Below are positions 20,245 through 30,623 of a stretch of DNA of 64,000 nucleotides, piece by piece. The position numbers were made by a program, and so were the translations under genes. Numbering within the stretch: the first letter of the stretch is position 1; each line of letters begins with the position of its first letter. Source of the stretch: Alkalispirochaeta sp. GTDB taxonomy: Bacteria > Spirochaetota > Spirochaetia > DSM-27196 > Alkalispirochaetaceae. Location: the NCBI GenBank assembly GCA_965601925.1, contig OZ271854.1, positions 3,808,001 through 3,872,000 on the forward strand. The letters are read 5' to 3'. Below the pieces are notes generated by a model, which saw only the letters and a list, made by a program, of their open reading frames with translations, was not told where the DNA came from and ran no database searches.

Positions 20245-21662
20245 TATCGCGGTCCGAACTCTTCCAAGGCGGCGAGCGCCGCCTGTCGGACGGCACGATG
20301 GTTACCCTCCTCGCTTCGAGCCTGAACTACTTCCATAAGACTGGCAAGCCGGCTTCGGCCGGCGGCGCGGAGCCCGTATATTTGCAGAATGAAGTTCGGA
20401 TGGTCGAGTAAACGGGCGGCGATAGGCTCGATCGCACGATCTTCCGTCTGAGAGGCGACGCGCCCGATCGCATCTAAAATACGCGAGTTTTCCCGTTCCC
20501 ACTCCACCTGCATAATCTCGAGCACCAAATCGACGCTTCGTTGCAGGCGATCGCGCATCAGTCGATCGATAATTGCGATGCGTTCGTCGATGCCGATGCG
20601 TTCGTTCCCGGCGCGCTCCTCCAGAAGGCGCCATCCATCGGCGCGATCAAGAGCTGCAAGCGTCTCGATCGCCTCCAGCCGCACACGTCTCTCCGGGTCG
20701 CGGCGCACCTTGTACATCACCGCGCGCAGCGCGTCGGTCGTCTCGCGCTCGGCGATCGTCTCCAGAGCGGCTACGCGGACACGCCAGAACTCATCGCGAA
20801 GCGCGGCGATGATGGCGTCGGTCGCCTCCGGCGTCTCGAATTGTCGCAGCGCATTGACCGCGTATGCGCGGGTCAGGGCGTCGGAGGAGTCGAACTGACG
20901 CATGATGATCGGTAACGCGCGCGGATCGCCGAGCTTGCCGAGTGTATCGAGAGCGAAGCGCTGGAGCACCGTCGTCGCCTCCTCGTCTTCTCCAATGATC
21001 TCAGTGATGAAATCGAAGACCTGAGGATCACCGCGCTCACCGAGTTCTACCAATATTTGTCCTCGCACATCCTCGGAAATGCCGCTTTCATCGTACAACT
21101 CAGTAAGTATACTTGCGTCGGTCCCTGCGGCGGCGAGAAGGCGCACCGCGCCGACCGCCGGGCCGAGTCGTCCGTCACGCGATATGGCGAGTAGTGCATC
21201 GACACTCGCATCCGAGAGTGCGGCTCCGGTCTCCCGGAGATAGATCATGAGGGCGACGATGAGATCATCGGTTCGCAGATCCTCTTCACCGATAATCGCG
21301 AGGGCGCGATCGTGCCCGCCGGTTAGTTCGAACTCCTGAAGATAACGCGCGGAACCGGCCAGGACCGCGGAGTCATTGCTCGTCTCGAACAGTGAGAGCA
21401 CCTCTTCGGCGAGCCGGTCTTCGCCGTTTTCGATCAACGTGGGTAAGAGCTCGACGATCTCGGAGTTGATGCCGAACAAAAGGGTATCGCGCCAGTCTTC
21501 GACGATCGAGCGGACCTCCTCGTCATTCGAGGGCGCATCTTCCTGCGCGAGAACCGGTAGAGATAGGCACAGGGCAACGGCCACGGGAAGTGCACGATTC
21601 CACGTTCTCTGTTGCATTCGTCGGGATATCTTCAGTCGTGATCCGCGTCTCATGGGCACCAT
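20244..21662 (-). CDS. Exported HEAT-repeat protein
   Basis: Signal peptide ending VLA-Q; HEAT/PBS repeats (ALDTLGKLGDPRALP, VRVAALETIAE). Confidence 0.85.
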   Translation of the reverse strand: MVPMRRGSRLKISRRMQQRTWNRALPVAVALCLSLPVLAQEDAPSNDEEVRSIVEDWRDTLLFGINSEIVELLPTLIENGEDRLAEEVLSLFETSNDSAVLAGSARYLQEFELTGGHDRALAIIGEEDLRTDDLIVALMIYLRETGAALSDASVDALLAISRDGRLGPAVGAVRLLAAAGTDASILTELYDESGISEDVRGQILVELGERGDPQVFDFITEIIGEDEEATTVLQRFALDTLGKLGDPRALPIIMRQFDSSDALTRAYAVNALRQFETPEATDAIIAALRDEFWRVRVAALETIAERETTDALRAVMYKVRRDPERRVRLEAIETLAALDRADGWRLLEERAGNERIGIDERIAIIDRLMRDRLQRSVDLVLEIMQVEWERENSRILDAIGRVASQTEDRAIEPIAARLLDHPNFILQIYGLRAAGRSRLASLMEVVQARSEEGNHRAVRQAALAALEEFGPR

Positions 21663-21749
21663 TATTCCTCATTTTCGTCCGTTTGGGACGACACTATAAG
21701 ACCCAGCATTGTGCGAAATAACGGCACCGAACCCCTTGCGATCGCAGTA

Positions 21750-23381
21750 CTAAACGATTTCGCGGCCCTTGGCGAGTCTTGCGATCGATATTCCCATTAG
21801 GCGGTAGGTGCCGATGAGAACGGCCAGTGCGGGAAGGCTCTCGGCGAGAAGGAGCGCTAGATTAATGAGCGAACTGCCGCCGCTGCTCCACCCGGAGAGA
21901 CCCACCACGCTCCATATCCGGCGCACTCCGAGAACGGCGGCGACGGCGGCGGCGGAGGCACACAGCGCCCGAACGGCCGACGCGGCGAGCCGTTTCATCC
22001 GGAGCGCCCCGGTCTTGCGGCGAACTGCGAAGAGAAGCAGGAGGAGTCCCACGGTAAACGCGAGGCTGTTGGCCGCCGCGAGGCCGGCGACGCGCAGCGC
22101 CGTCTCCTTCAACCAGAGGCTCAATCCGACATCCAGAGCCATCGTGATCGTGGCAACGACAAGGGGGGTGCGATAGTCGCCGCAGGCGTAGAAGAAGCGT
22201 TGTAGGAAGGTGAAAGCACCGACGCTGAATAGTCCGAGACAATAGTATACCAGAACGCGCGCCGCCAGCGCGGTCGCCTCATGGGTAAATGCCCCTCGCT
22301 GGAGCGCCACGGCGATAATCTCCTCGGAGAAGAGACCCAGCCCTACGCCCGCCGGTATCAGTAGGAGAACGAGAGCCCGTAGGCCTCCGCCGACGGTGCT
22401 TCTGAGCGCAGAGTTATCGCCGGCGGCGTGGTGGCGGCTCATGGCCGGAAAGAGAACCGTCGTGATCGATGCACCGAAGATACCGAAGGGCAACTGCCAG
22501 AAGACGAGCGCATTGGTCATCGCCGATCCGCTGCCGTCTTCCAGGCCACTGGCAAAGTACAGTGCGATCTGCTGGTTGATCGTGAATACGCTGGCCGTGG
22601 CTACCACGGGAAGCCACCGTTTCACAATCGCCCGAAAATCCGGATCGTGAACATCGAGGCGCGGTAGGAGATTGTAGCCGTACGCGTTCACTCGAGGAAC
22701 TTGCAAAAGCAGTTGCCCGAGTCCGCCCACCAGAACCCCTACGACCATGGCATATACTCCGAGCGTGCGGTGCCACAGAAGCGTGGAGCCGATAACCGCT
22801 ATCGAAAACCACAGGGGTGCGAGGGACGGGACGAGAAAGTGGTGGTGTGAATTGAGCGTTCCCATCAGAACTGCAGCGACGGATATTAACAACACGTAGT
22901 GGATAAGCCACCGAAAGAGACCGCCCGCGAGAACTTGGCGCTCGAGTTCCGGAAAATCGAGAATGGTATTGACGACCGGTTGCGCGAATATCGTCGCCGC
23001 CGTTAACAGCGGTACCAGTATGACGAGCTGTAGACCGATCAATGAGCGGACGATGCGGCGGGCTCGCGCGCCCTCGGGATCTTCCACGTGCGCGCGCGAC
23101 AGCACGGGAACGAACGCCGATGAGAGCGCCCCTTCGGCGAGAAGTTTTCTCAAGTTGTTAGGAATATTGAACACTAAGTTAAGGACATCGGCCTCTCCCG
23201 ATGCGCCGAAAATCGCGCCGACAACGGCGATCCTCACAAAACCGAACAGGCGCGAGACGAACGTCGAGACCATGACCAGAGCCGTCGCAACGAAGTTGCC
23301 GCGGTCGGTCGGTACGCCGGAGGGCGAATGCGATACGTGCGATTCGCCCGGCGAGTCTACGCGCGGGGAGCGTCTTCTCAT
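21750..23381 (-). CDS. murJ: Lipid II flippase MurJ (MviN)
   Basis: SRLFGFVR, IPNNLRKLLAEGALSSAFVPV; many TM helices. Confidence 0.95.
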   Translation of the reverse strand: MRRRSPRVDSPGESHVSHSPSGVPTDRGNFVATALVMVSTFVSRLFGFVRIAVVGAIFGASGEADVLNLVFNIPNNLRKLLAEGALSSAFVPVLSRAHVEDPEGARARRIVRSLIGLQLVILVPLLTAATIFAQPVVNTILDFPELERQVLAGGLFRWLIHYVLLISVAAVLMGTLNSHHHFLVPSLAPLWFSIAVIGSTLLWHRTLGVYAMVVGVLVGGLGQLLLQVPRVNAYGYNLLPRLDVHDPDFRAIVKRWLPVVATASVFTINQQIALYFASGLEDGSGSAMTNALVFWQLPFGIFGASITTVLFPAMSRHHAAGDNSALRSTVGGGLRALVLLLIPAGVGLGLFSEEIIAVALQRGAFTHEATALAARVLVYYCLGLFSVGAFTFLQRFFYACGDYRTPLVVATITMALDVGLSLWLKETALRVAGLAAANSLAFTVGLLLLLFAVRRKTGALRMKRLAASAVRALCASAAAVAAVLGVRRIWSVVGLSGWSSGGSSLINLALLLAESLPALAVLIGTYRLMGISIARLAKGREIV

Positions 23382-24529
23382 GCGTCGTACCCTTTCGAGA
23401 AGCGCTCGAGGAAGTCTCTCTTAAAGCGTAGAAACGTTCCGCTGCGAATTGCATCGGCCGCCCGCTCCACGAGCCACGCCATGAAGCGCAGATTATGTTC
23501 CGTCGCGAGCATCGCGCCGAGAATTTCATTCGCCTTAAACAAATGACGGAGATACCCGAGGCTGTACGGTCGTCCGCCGAAGGAGTCGATCTCGGGATCC
23601 GGCGCCTCGTCGAGGCGGGCGAAGCGCGCGTTTTTTAGATTGATCCTACCTCTTGTCGTGAATAACGTCCCGTTGCGCCCCGCGCGGGTCGGAAAGACGC
23701 AATCGAACATGTCGATACCGTGTTCGATTGCCGTCAAGATGTATTCCGGCGTTCCGATACCCATCACGTACCGCGGTGTGTGGGCCGGCAGAAGGGCGGC
23801 GGTATGGGCGAGAATCTCCTCGTAAGTGTCGAACGACTCGCCGACCGAGAGGCCGCCGATCGCGATTCCCGGAAGGTCGAGTGCTGAGGTCGTCTCGACC
23901 GCGCGAGTTCGCAAATCGGGAAAGAAGTTGCCCTGCACAATGCCGAAGAGCGCACCGTTGTACCCCTTCTCGTCGCGCGCCTCTATCCACCTCTTGCGAG
24001 CTCGCCGAGCCCACAGCGTCGTCGTCTCCAGCGCGTCCTCCGCCCCCTTGTAATCCTGGTCGGCGCCGGTGCAGACATCGAGTACCATTTGGATGTCCGA
24101 GCCGATCGTCACTTGGATCTCGACGGCGCGCTCCGGAGTGAGCATGTGACGCGAACCGTCGATGTGGGACTGGAAGCGCGCGCCCTCCTCGGTGATCTTG
24201 CGAAAAGGAGCCAAGCTGAAAATCTGGTATCCGCCCGAGTCGGTGAGAATATTGTGACTCCATGACGAGAAACGATGGAGCCCGCCGAACGCCGCGAGCG
24301 TTTCCGTACCGGGGCGCAGAAAAAGATGATAGGTATTGGCGAGGATGAGTCGATATCCCATCGCCTCAACCGTATCGTGGCGGATGGCTTTCACGGTGCC
24401 GGCGGTGCCGACGGGCATAAAAGTCGGCGTAGCGACCGGCCCGTGTGGGAGCTCGATGACGCCCGTACGGGCCCGACACTGCGCGTCGCGATGGTGCTCG
24501 TGGAACCGAAGTGGAGGATCTATCATCAT
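23378..24529 (-). CDS. tgt: tRNA-guanine transglycosylase
   Basis: TPTFMPVGT, NTYHL, TDSGGYQ, GGLSVGE, DMFDCVFPTR; ATGA overlap with the lptG stop. Confidence 0.97.
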   Translation of the reverse strand: MMIDPPLRFHEHHRDAQCRARTGVIELPHGPVATPTFMPVGTAGTVKAIRHDTVEAMGYRLILANTYHLFLRPGTETLAAFGGLHRFSSWSHNILTDSGGYQIFSLAPFRKITEEGARFQSHIDGSRHMLTPERAVEIQVTIGSDIQMVLDVCTGADQDYKGAEDALETTTLWARRARKRWIEARDEKGYNGALFGIVQGNFFPDLRTRAVETTSALDLPGIAIGGLSVGESFDTYEEILAHTAALLPAHTPRYVMGIGTPEYILTAIEHGIDMFDCVFPTRAGRNGTLFTTRGRINLKNARFARLDEAPDPEIDSFGGRPYSLGYLRHLFKANEILGAMLATEHNLRFMAWLVERAADAIRSGTFLRFKRDFLERFSKGYDA

Positions 24530-25608
24530 GTTTTCGCCGTTCGAAAGAGAAGCGTTCCGAGTGTGGTGAACAGAATGGCGCCGGACCACGCCCCCACAAT
24601 CGGAGGTATGAGACCGTCTCCCGCCAGAATTCCGGCTACCATTCCCGTCACGTAGTATACTACCGCCGCGATCAACGAGATGAGCAGACTCATGAGGAGC
24701 ACATTACGACGAAATCGTCCTCCAAGAGCGCTCGACAAGAGCACGACGACAAAGGGCGTCAGGGAAAAGGCGAACCGATTGTAGTACTCGGTGAGGGACT
24801 GTCGATACGGTTGTCCGGCGTCGCGCAGCCCGAACACCCATGAGCGCGCCTCATCAAAACGCATCTCGTCTACCTCCCGCGCCGACCGTTGGAACCGACG
24901 CGGCTCCATGTCGAAGCGCGCCTCGTCCATGCGCCGAAACGGCTCGGCCGCAATGCGCTCGTCGCCGTCGGAGATACGCGAGTAACGGGTACCGTGCTCC
25001 CACACCCAGTTATCGCCGTCCCAGCGGCCCGATGCGGCATCAATACGCGAAACGAACATACCCTCACCGTCGCGTTCGACGACGAGAACCCGGGAGAGCT
25101 CCTCGGTGCTATCGTTGTAGTAATCGGCCGAGTAGATAATGCGCCCCGACGCGTTGCGTACCGTGATATTCGTGTTGCTGAACGAGCGGGTAATGTTAAG
25201 AAGCTGCCGTGAAAGCTCATTTTTGGAGCGAAACGTATCGATCACGACGTACTCGTGAAAGAAGAAGCTCCCGACGCTCAGGACGAGGCCGAGAACCAAA
25301 AGCGGCAGGGTGAACCGCCATAGGGGAACGCCGGAGCTGAACACGGCAATCAGTTCGTTATTACTGTAGAGCGTACCGATACTGAATCCGACGGCAAATA
25401 GGAGCGCAACCGGCAACGCGTATCCCACCGCACGGGGAAGGTAGAGAATCTGCACGCGCAGAATCTCCGCCGCCGGTACTTGAAGGTCGAGATAACGCAC
25501 CAAGTTGGCAAAGAGATCGACCAACTCGACGATAAGCACGAAAAATGCGAGTGAGGCCAAAAAGACCGGCAGAAACGTGCGAAGAAGAAAGCGTGTAAGG
25601 ATGCTCAT
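24526..25608 (-). CDS. lptG: LptF/LptG-family permease
   Basis: 3+3 TM layout, NNELIAVFSSG motif; paired with an upstream paralogue. Confidence 0.85.
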   Translation of the reverse strand: MSILTRFLLRTFLPVFLASLAFFVLIVELVDLFANLVRYLDLQVPAAEILRVQILYLPRAVGYALPVALLFAVGFSIGTLYSNNELIAVFSSGVPLWRFTLPLLVLGLVLSVGSFFFHEYVVIDTFRSKNELSRQLLNITRSFSNTNITVRNASGRIIYSADYYNDSTEELSRVLVVERDGEGMFVSRIDAASGRWDGDNWVWEHGTRYSRISDGDERIAAEPFRRMDEARFDMEPRRFQRSAREVDEMRFDEARSWVFGLRDAGQPYRQSLTEYYNRFAFSLTPFVVVLLSSALGGRFRRNVLLMSLLISLIAAVVYYVTGMVAGILAGDGLIPPIVGAWSGAILFTTLGTLLFRTAKT

Positions 25609-26927
25609 TGACGCGCTTTCTTGAGGAACACGACGATACCGACCACCAAAAACATGACGTTCGGAAACCACATCGCGGCGGCCGGAGGCACGTGCGGGCG
25701 CTGGCTCCCGATGGTCTGGCCGGCTATGAGCATCGACCAGTACAACGTTGCGATCAACAGGCCGATGCCGAAACCCACGCTACGCCCGCTGCGCTTGGAG
25801 AACAGCCCCAACGGAAAGGCGAGAAACACAAAGGAGAGCGCCGCGAAGGGTATACTGAACTTCTTGTGGTACTCGAGCCGATGAATCTGAAGCGAACGAT
25901 TAAACGGTCGTTGGCGCGAAATGCGTTCGAACTCAGTCGATACCGCTTCAAGCTCCTCGTGTGACGCTTCGCCGCGCTCAACTTCCCCTCGAAGCTCACT
26001 CAACCGCGTCTCCGTCTCGGTGACGCGCGTGGTCCATTCCTCGATGTGCGGCGCGAGCTCATCCTCTTTTTGTCGAATCTCGGCGCGCACATCGCGGGCG
26101 CTCATCTCCCGCGGTCCCGGCGAACGAATGGCGACGGTGATGTCCTGGAGCAGGATATTATAGCGCATCGTCCCGGCGTAACTGTAATTATGATCCGAAG
26201 CCGATACCGCCGAGTGGGTCGTAACATCGCTTAACTCGAGGCTAATCGCATTAGGATCGCCCTCGCGGATCAAGCGCGCCTCGCCGGCGGTAATGACGCG
26301 CTGATTCCCCTGCCCGTCCGTATCGATAATCGTGAAGTGCTCGAGTCGTCCCGGCTCTACCGCCCCGGTAATAAGCACATCATCTTGGTAGCGCTTGATC
26401 GAGTACGCCTCAAGTTCCAAAGCGGGGTTCGCATACAGTAGCTCACGATATAGACGGCCGAAGTTCAGCGTACCGAGGGGCAGGAGAAAATCATTGACAA
26501 AGAATGAAAGCACCGACAAGAGCGCAGCCGCCAGAAGTACCGGTGAAAAGATTCTCCGGAGCGAAAAGCCGCTGGCCCTGAGTGCCACAACCTCATTGTC
26601 GGATGACAGGCGACCGACGGCCATGAGCGTTCCCACGAGTGTGGCGAAGGGAACCGAGAGGGCGATGATCGACGGTAATGAGTAGATAATGAGCCGCACA
26701 ACATCCCACAGCGGCACATCCTTCTGCAAGATGTCCTCAGCCAGCAACAACAGCTGGTTGATGAAGAACATGAAGAAGAAGAACGCAAAAGACACCAGAA
26801 ACGAGATAAAAAACTCGGCTCCAACGTAGCGAAAGACAAAAACGGGAAACCCGTCAAACGAGCGAAGACGCGAGGCGACCTCGCTCGATTGGAGCCGGCT
26901 ATTGATCGCCGGTCGAACCAAAACCAC
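25605..26927 (-). CDS. lptF: LptF/LptG-family permease (start uncertain)
   Basis: GRLSSDNEVVALRASG, EYHKKFSIPFA. Confidence 0.85.
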   Translation of the reverse strand: MVLVRPAINSRLQSSEVASRLRSFDGFPVFVFRYVGAEFFISFLVSFAFFFFMFFINQLLLLAEDILQKDVPLWDVVRLIIYSLPSIIALSVPFATLVGTLMAVGRLSSDNEVVALRASGFSLRRIFSPVLLAAALLSVLSFFVNDFLLPLGTLNFGRLYRELLYANPALELEAYSIKRYQDDVLITGAVEPGRLEHFTIIDTDGQGNQRVITAGEARLIREGDPNAISLELSDVTTHSAVSASDHNYSYAGTMRYNILLQDITVAIRSPGPREMSARDVRAEIRQKEDELAPHIEEWTTRVTETETRLSELRGEVERGEASHEELEAVSTEFERISRQRPFNRSLQIHRLEYHKKFSIPFAALSFVFLAFPLGLFSKRSGRSVGFGIGLLIATLYWSMLIAGQTIGSQRPHVPPAAAMWFPNVMFLVVGIVVFLKKARQ

Positions 26928-27369
26928 CCTCTGCGCGATCGGTTTCGGAAAGCGAATGCACCACCGAGAAGTCCGCGCGGACTACCGGCGCGACGATTAA
27001 CTGTGCGATACGCATTCCCGGTTCTATCGTCACCGCCTCGCCTCCGTGATTAATCAACGGTACCACAATCTCGCCGCGATAGTCGCTGTCGATCGTCCCC
27101 GGGCTGTTGAGCACCGTTAGCCCGTACCGTACCGCCAAACCCGATCGAGGGCGTACTTGCGCCTCGTAGTGCACGGGGAGCTCGATGTGCACGCCGGTGG
27201 GAATCGCGTCGCGCTCACCGGGAGCAAGGCGACGCGGGCCCGCTATAGCTGCTCTGAGGTCGGCTCCCGCCGATCCGGTGGTCGCATAAAACGGTTCGCA
27301 TCCGGGCTTGGCCCGAACGCGAACCGCAACCGGCTCAGTTCCGTCGGCGGCCACGATCCCGATCTCCAC
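26899..27369 (-). CDS. dut: dUTP diphosphatase
   Basis: AGADL, RPRSGLA, GTIDSDYRGEI, RIAQL, RAEGGFGSTG. Confidence 0.97.
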   Translation of the reverse strand: MEIGIVAADGTEPVAVRVRAKPGCEPFYATTGSAGADLRAAIAGPRRLAPGERDAIPTGVHIELPVHYEAQVRPRSGLAVRYGLTVLNSPGTIDSDYRGEIVVPLINHGGEAVTIEPGMRIAQLIVAPVVRADFSVVHSLSETDRAEGGFGSTGDQ

Positions 27370-29482
27370 CGGAGCGCCCTCCCCGACCGCGATTGTCGCT
27401 TTCGGTCATGCCCTCGTAGATCAGGCTCAAGTTCACGCGGCCCATCTTGTCGATTTCGATGATCTTGACTTCGACCTCCTGCCCCAAGGACAGGACATCC
27501 TCTACCGAGTTGATGCGGTGGGCCGCCATCTTGCTGATATGACATAGCCCCTCCCGACCGGGAAGAAACTCAATAAAGGCGCCGAAATCGGTGATGCGTT
27601 TGACGACGCCGGGATAGGTCGTTCCGATTTCCGGCTCCTCGAGGAGTTGGAGAAAACTGGCTTTCGCGTTGTCGGCGGCCGCCTTGTCCTTGGAGTAGAT
27701 CGTTACGGTACCGTTGTCGTCGAAGTTTACCTGCACGCCGAACTTCTCCGAGATCGCCTTCACCGTCTTGCCGCCGCTCCCGATGAGTAGGCCGATCTCG
27801 TCGGGATCGACCGTAAACGCGAGTATTCGCGGTGCGTGTTCGGAAAGCTCGGTCTGCGGCGCCTGGATCGCCTCCGCCATCTTCCCGAGAATGTGCATAC
27901 GGCCGCGGTTGGCTTGCTCCAAGGCGGTCTTCATCACCTCGGGCGAGACGTTCTTGATCTTGATGTCCATCTGGAACGCCGTAATACCGTCCTCGGTGCC
28001 GGCGACTTTGAAGTCCATGTCGCCCAGGTGATCCTCTTCGCCGAGGATATCGCTCAGCACCGCGGTACGTTCGCCGTCCGAGATAAGACCCATGGCGATA
28101 CCGGCGACCGGTTTCTTCGTCGGAACGCCGGCCGCCATCAGCGCAAGCGATCCACCGCAGACGGTCGCCATCGAGGATGAACCGTTGGACTCCAGAACTT
28201 CCGATACGACACGTAATGTATAGGGAAACTTCTCCCGCTCCGGTACGACCGCCTCTAACGCGCGGTGCGCCAAGTGGCCGTGTCCTATTTCACGGCGTCC
28301 GGTGCCGAGGCGCCCGGTCTCACCGACGGAAAAGGGAGGAAAGTTGTAGTGCAACATGAAGTTCTCGCGGCGGTCGCCGTCGATGTCGTCCATGATCTGC
28401 TCATCGTACATCGTTCCCAGCGTGATAACGGCCAGGGCCTGCGTCTCCCCGCGGGTAAACAGTGCGCTGCCGTGAGTGCGCGGAAGAACCCCGACTTCGC
28501 ACGTGATCGGTCGGATATCCTCGAGGCCGCGATGATCGGTGCGGAACCCCTTCTCCAGGATGGACTTGCGCACGATCTCCTGCTCCATATCGCCGAGGAG
28601 GCTCTTGGCCATTCTGGGATAGTCCTCGTCCTCGGCGAGTGCGTCGGCAAAGTGCTCCATCGTCTCGGTTTTGACGGCGCGCATTGCCGCGCCTCTGGTC
28701 TTCTTACCCAGCACGAAACACGCCTCTTCGAGTTTGGTATAGGCGAACTCGCGTACGTCAGAGGCGATCGGGAGCGTTTTCGTATCTTCTATAAGCGCCA
28801 ACTTCTCGCTACCGGCCGCGGCGCGTAACTCGTCCTGCACGCGGCAGATCTCGCTGATCACCTCACGCGCCACGTCGATCGCGCGAAGCATGAGATCCTC
28901 GGCGACCTCCTTCGCACCGCCCTCGACCATCGTGATACCGTCTTTGGTACCTGCGACGATGATCTCGAGCTCCGATGCTGCGATCTGCTCGAAGGTGGGG
29001 TTAACGATGAGTGCCCCATCTACCGAGCACACCCGAACGGCACCAACGGGACCGTCGAAGGGAATGTTACTGATGTGCATCGCGGCGCTCGCAGCGACCA
29101 TGGCGACCACATCGGGCGGATTGACCTGATCGGTGGAAAGCACCGTCGGAACGATTTGAAGTTCACGCATGAACTTCTTGGAAAACAAGGGGCGCATGGG
29201 GCGGTCGATGAGGCGGGAGACGAGAATCTCCTTGTCTTTCGGACGACCCTCACGCTTGAGAAATCCACCCGGAATCTTTCCCGCGGCGTAGTATTTCTCG
29301 TTGTATTCGACCTGGAGCGGGACGAAATCGATCCCCTCCCGGGGTTCGTCCGAGGAGGTCGCGGTTGCCAGTACCGCCGATCCACCGTATGTCGCATAGA
29401 CCGCTCCGTTGGCCTGTTTGGCCATGCGACCGGTCTCGAGGACGAGATCCTGCTCGCCGATCTTGATAGTTACCGTATGCAT
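27335..29482 (-). CDS. pnp: Polyribonucleotide nucleotidyltransferase
   Basis: Two RNase PH domains (RLIDRPMRP, ESNGSSSMA, DHLGDMDFKVAG), KH and S1 domains. Confidence 0.99.
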   Translation of the reverse strand: MHTVTIKIGEQDLVLETGRMAKQANGAVYATYGGSAVLATATSSDEPREGIDFVPLQVEYNEKYYAAGKIPGGFLKREGRPKDKEILVSRLIDRPMRPLFSKKFMRELQIVPTVLSTDQVNPPDVVAMVAASAAMHISNIPFDGPVGAVRVCSVDGALIVNPTFEQIAASELEIIVAGTKDGITMVEGGAKEVAEDLMLRAIDVAREVISEICRVQDELRAAAGSEKLALIEDTKTLPIASDVREFAYTKLEEACFVLGKKTRGAAMRAVKTETMEHFADALAEDEDYPRMAKSLLGDMEQEIVRKSILEKGFRTDHRGLEDIRPITCEVGVLPRTHGSALFTRGETQALAVITLGTMYDEQIMDDIDGDRRENFMLHYNFPPFSVGETGRLGTGRREIGHGHLAHRALEAVVPEREKFPYTLRVVSEVLESNGSSSMATVCGGSLALMAAGVPTKKPVAGIAMGLISDGERTAVLSDILGEEDHLGDMDFKVAGTEDGITAFQMDIKIKNVSPEVMKTALEQANRGRMHILGKMAEAIQAPQTELSEHAPRILAFTVDPDEIGLLIGSGGKTVKAISEKFGVQVNFDDNGTVTIYSKDKAAADNAKASFLQLLEEPEIGTTYPGVVKRITDFGAFIEFLPGREGLCHISKMAAHRINSVEDVLSLGQEVEVKIIEIDKMGRVNLSLIYEGMTESDNRGRGGRSGGDRDRGRRRN

Positions 29483-29517
29483 CGTTGTGTTCTACCTCAC
29501 TTTATGCGTTTACTCAC

Positions 29518-29542
29518 AAAAAAACCGGGTAGTGATACCCGG
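29518..29542 (-). terminator. Intrinsic terminator between rpsO and pnp
   Basis: CCGGGTA-tcac-TACCCGG followed by T7 on the minus strand. Confidence 0.85.
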
Positions 29543-29560
29543 ATTACAAAGGGACTCAAC

Positions 29561-29830
29561 CTATTTGCGCAGACCGAGCTTTGCCAAAACGGTCCGGTAC
29601 GCCTCAAGGTCGCCTCGCTTGAGGTAGCGCAAGAGACGACGGCGCTGTCCGACGAGCTTGAGAAGGCCGCGTCGGCTGTGGTGGTCCTTTTTGTGAGTCT
29701 TGAGGTGCTCGGTGAGCTCTTTGATGCGAGTGGTAAGCAGCGCAATTTGAACCTCGGTCTTTCCGGTGTTCTTTTCGGTGCCGCCGAAATCCGCGATGAT
29801 TTCGTGCTTCTGTTCAGCTGTCAGTGCCAT
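29561..29830 (-). CDS. rpsO: 30S ribosomal protein S15
   Basis: [37 protein letters not shown]. Confidence 0.99.
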   Translation of the reverse strand: MALTAEQKHEIIADFGGTEKNTGKTEVQIALLTTRIKELTEHLKTHKKDHHSRRGLLKLVGQRRRLLRYLKRGDLEAYRTVLAKLGLRK

Positions 29831-30623
29831 CTAACGTACTCCTTAGTACAGCGTATTGAATATCATTCATGCGCGGCTCCCACGCGAGGGTTCCGTCCTC
29901 GAAAACCCTCATCATGCCCTCACGGCTGCGGTCCGAACCGACAAGGGTACATCGATATGCACCTTCGGATGGAAGCAATTGTATACAATCGTTGCGATGA
30001 GACGGGAGAGTGCCGCCGATGGCAACGGTATACGGACGACCCAGCATGGTCGCCACTTGCTCCAAATCCCCAGCCGCGACGGCACGACGGATGCGGGAGC
30101 TGCTAATTGAACCAACATTATCTTTTAGCGCCGGGACGATGTCAACCCTGACGCTGCGATCGGCCATCCAACGCGCGAGTTCCGACGCGTGAACGTCCCG
30201 GTTGTGCCCGATATGAAAGTTGAAACCGACAACAACGCGAGTCAAACGCGGGAAGAGCTCGAGTAGTCGATCGAGAAAGCGAAATCCCGACACGGTGAGG
30301 AAGGCGCTCGAAAAGCGAACCAACAGCGTACGCTCTATTCCCACACGGTCGAAGAGTTCCAATCGCTCTTCAACCGTCGATAGATCGCCGAGATAGCTCT
30401 CCGGCCGCGTCAAACGCGCCGGATTGGGGTCGAACGTGAGAACCGTCGGACATCCCTTGGATACTTCATGTGCGCTCGTAACGGCTCGGTGTAGAAGCTC
30501 TTTGTGACCGCGATGCACCCCGTCGAAGACGCCCACGGCGAGAGTCGTGGGACGATCGGTCGGGAAGCCGACGGGCGTCGAATCGAAATCGTTCCATACG
30601 GCGTACCGAGTGCGGTCGTTCAC
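29814..30623 (-). CDS. ribF: FAD synthetase (FMN adenylyltransferase) with degenerate riboflavin kinase domain
   Basis: [10 protein letters not shown] and ISSSRIR present; kinase PTAN motif absent; GTGA overlap with truB. Confidence 0.85.
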   Translation of the reverse strand: MNDRTRYAVWNDFDSTPVGFPTDRPTTLAVGVFDGVHRGHKELLHRAVTSAHEVSKGCPTVLTFDPNPARLTRPESYLGDLSTVEERLELFDRVGIERTLLVRFSSAFLTVSGFRFLDRLLELFPRLTRVVVGFNFHIGHNRDVHASELARWMADRSVRVDIVPALKDNVGSISSSRIRRAVAAGDLEQVATMLGRPYTVAIGGTLPSHRNDCIQLLPSEGAYRCTLVGSDRSREGMMRVFEDGTLAWEPRMNDIQYAVLRSTLDGTDS

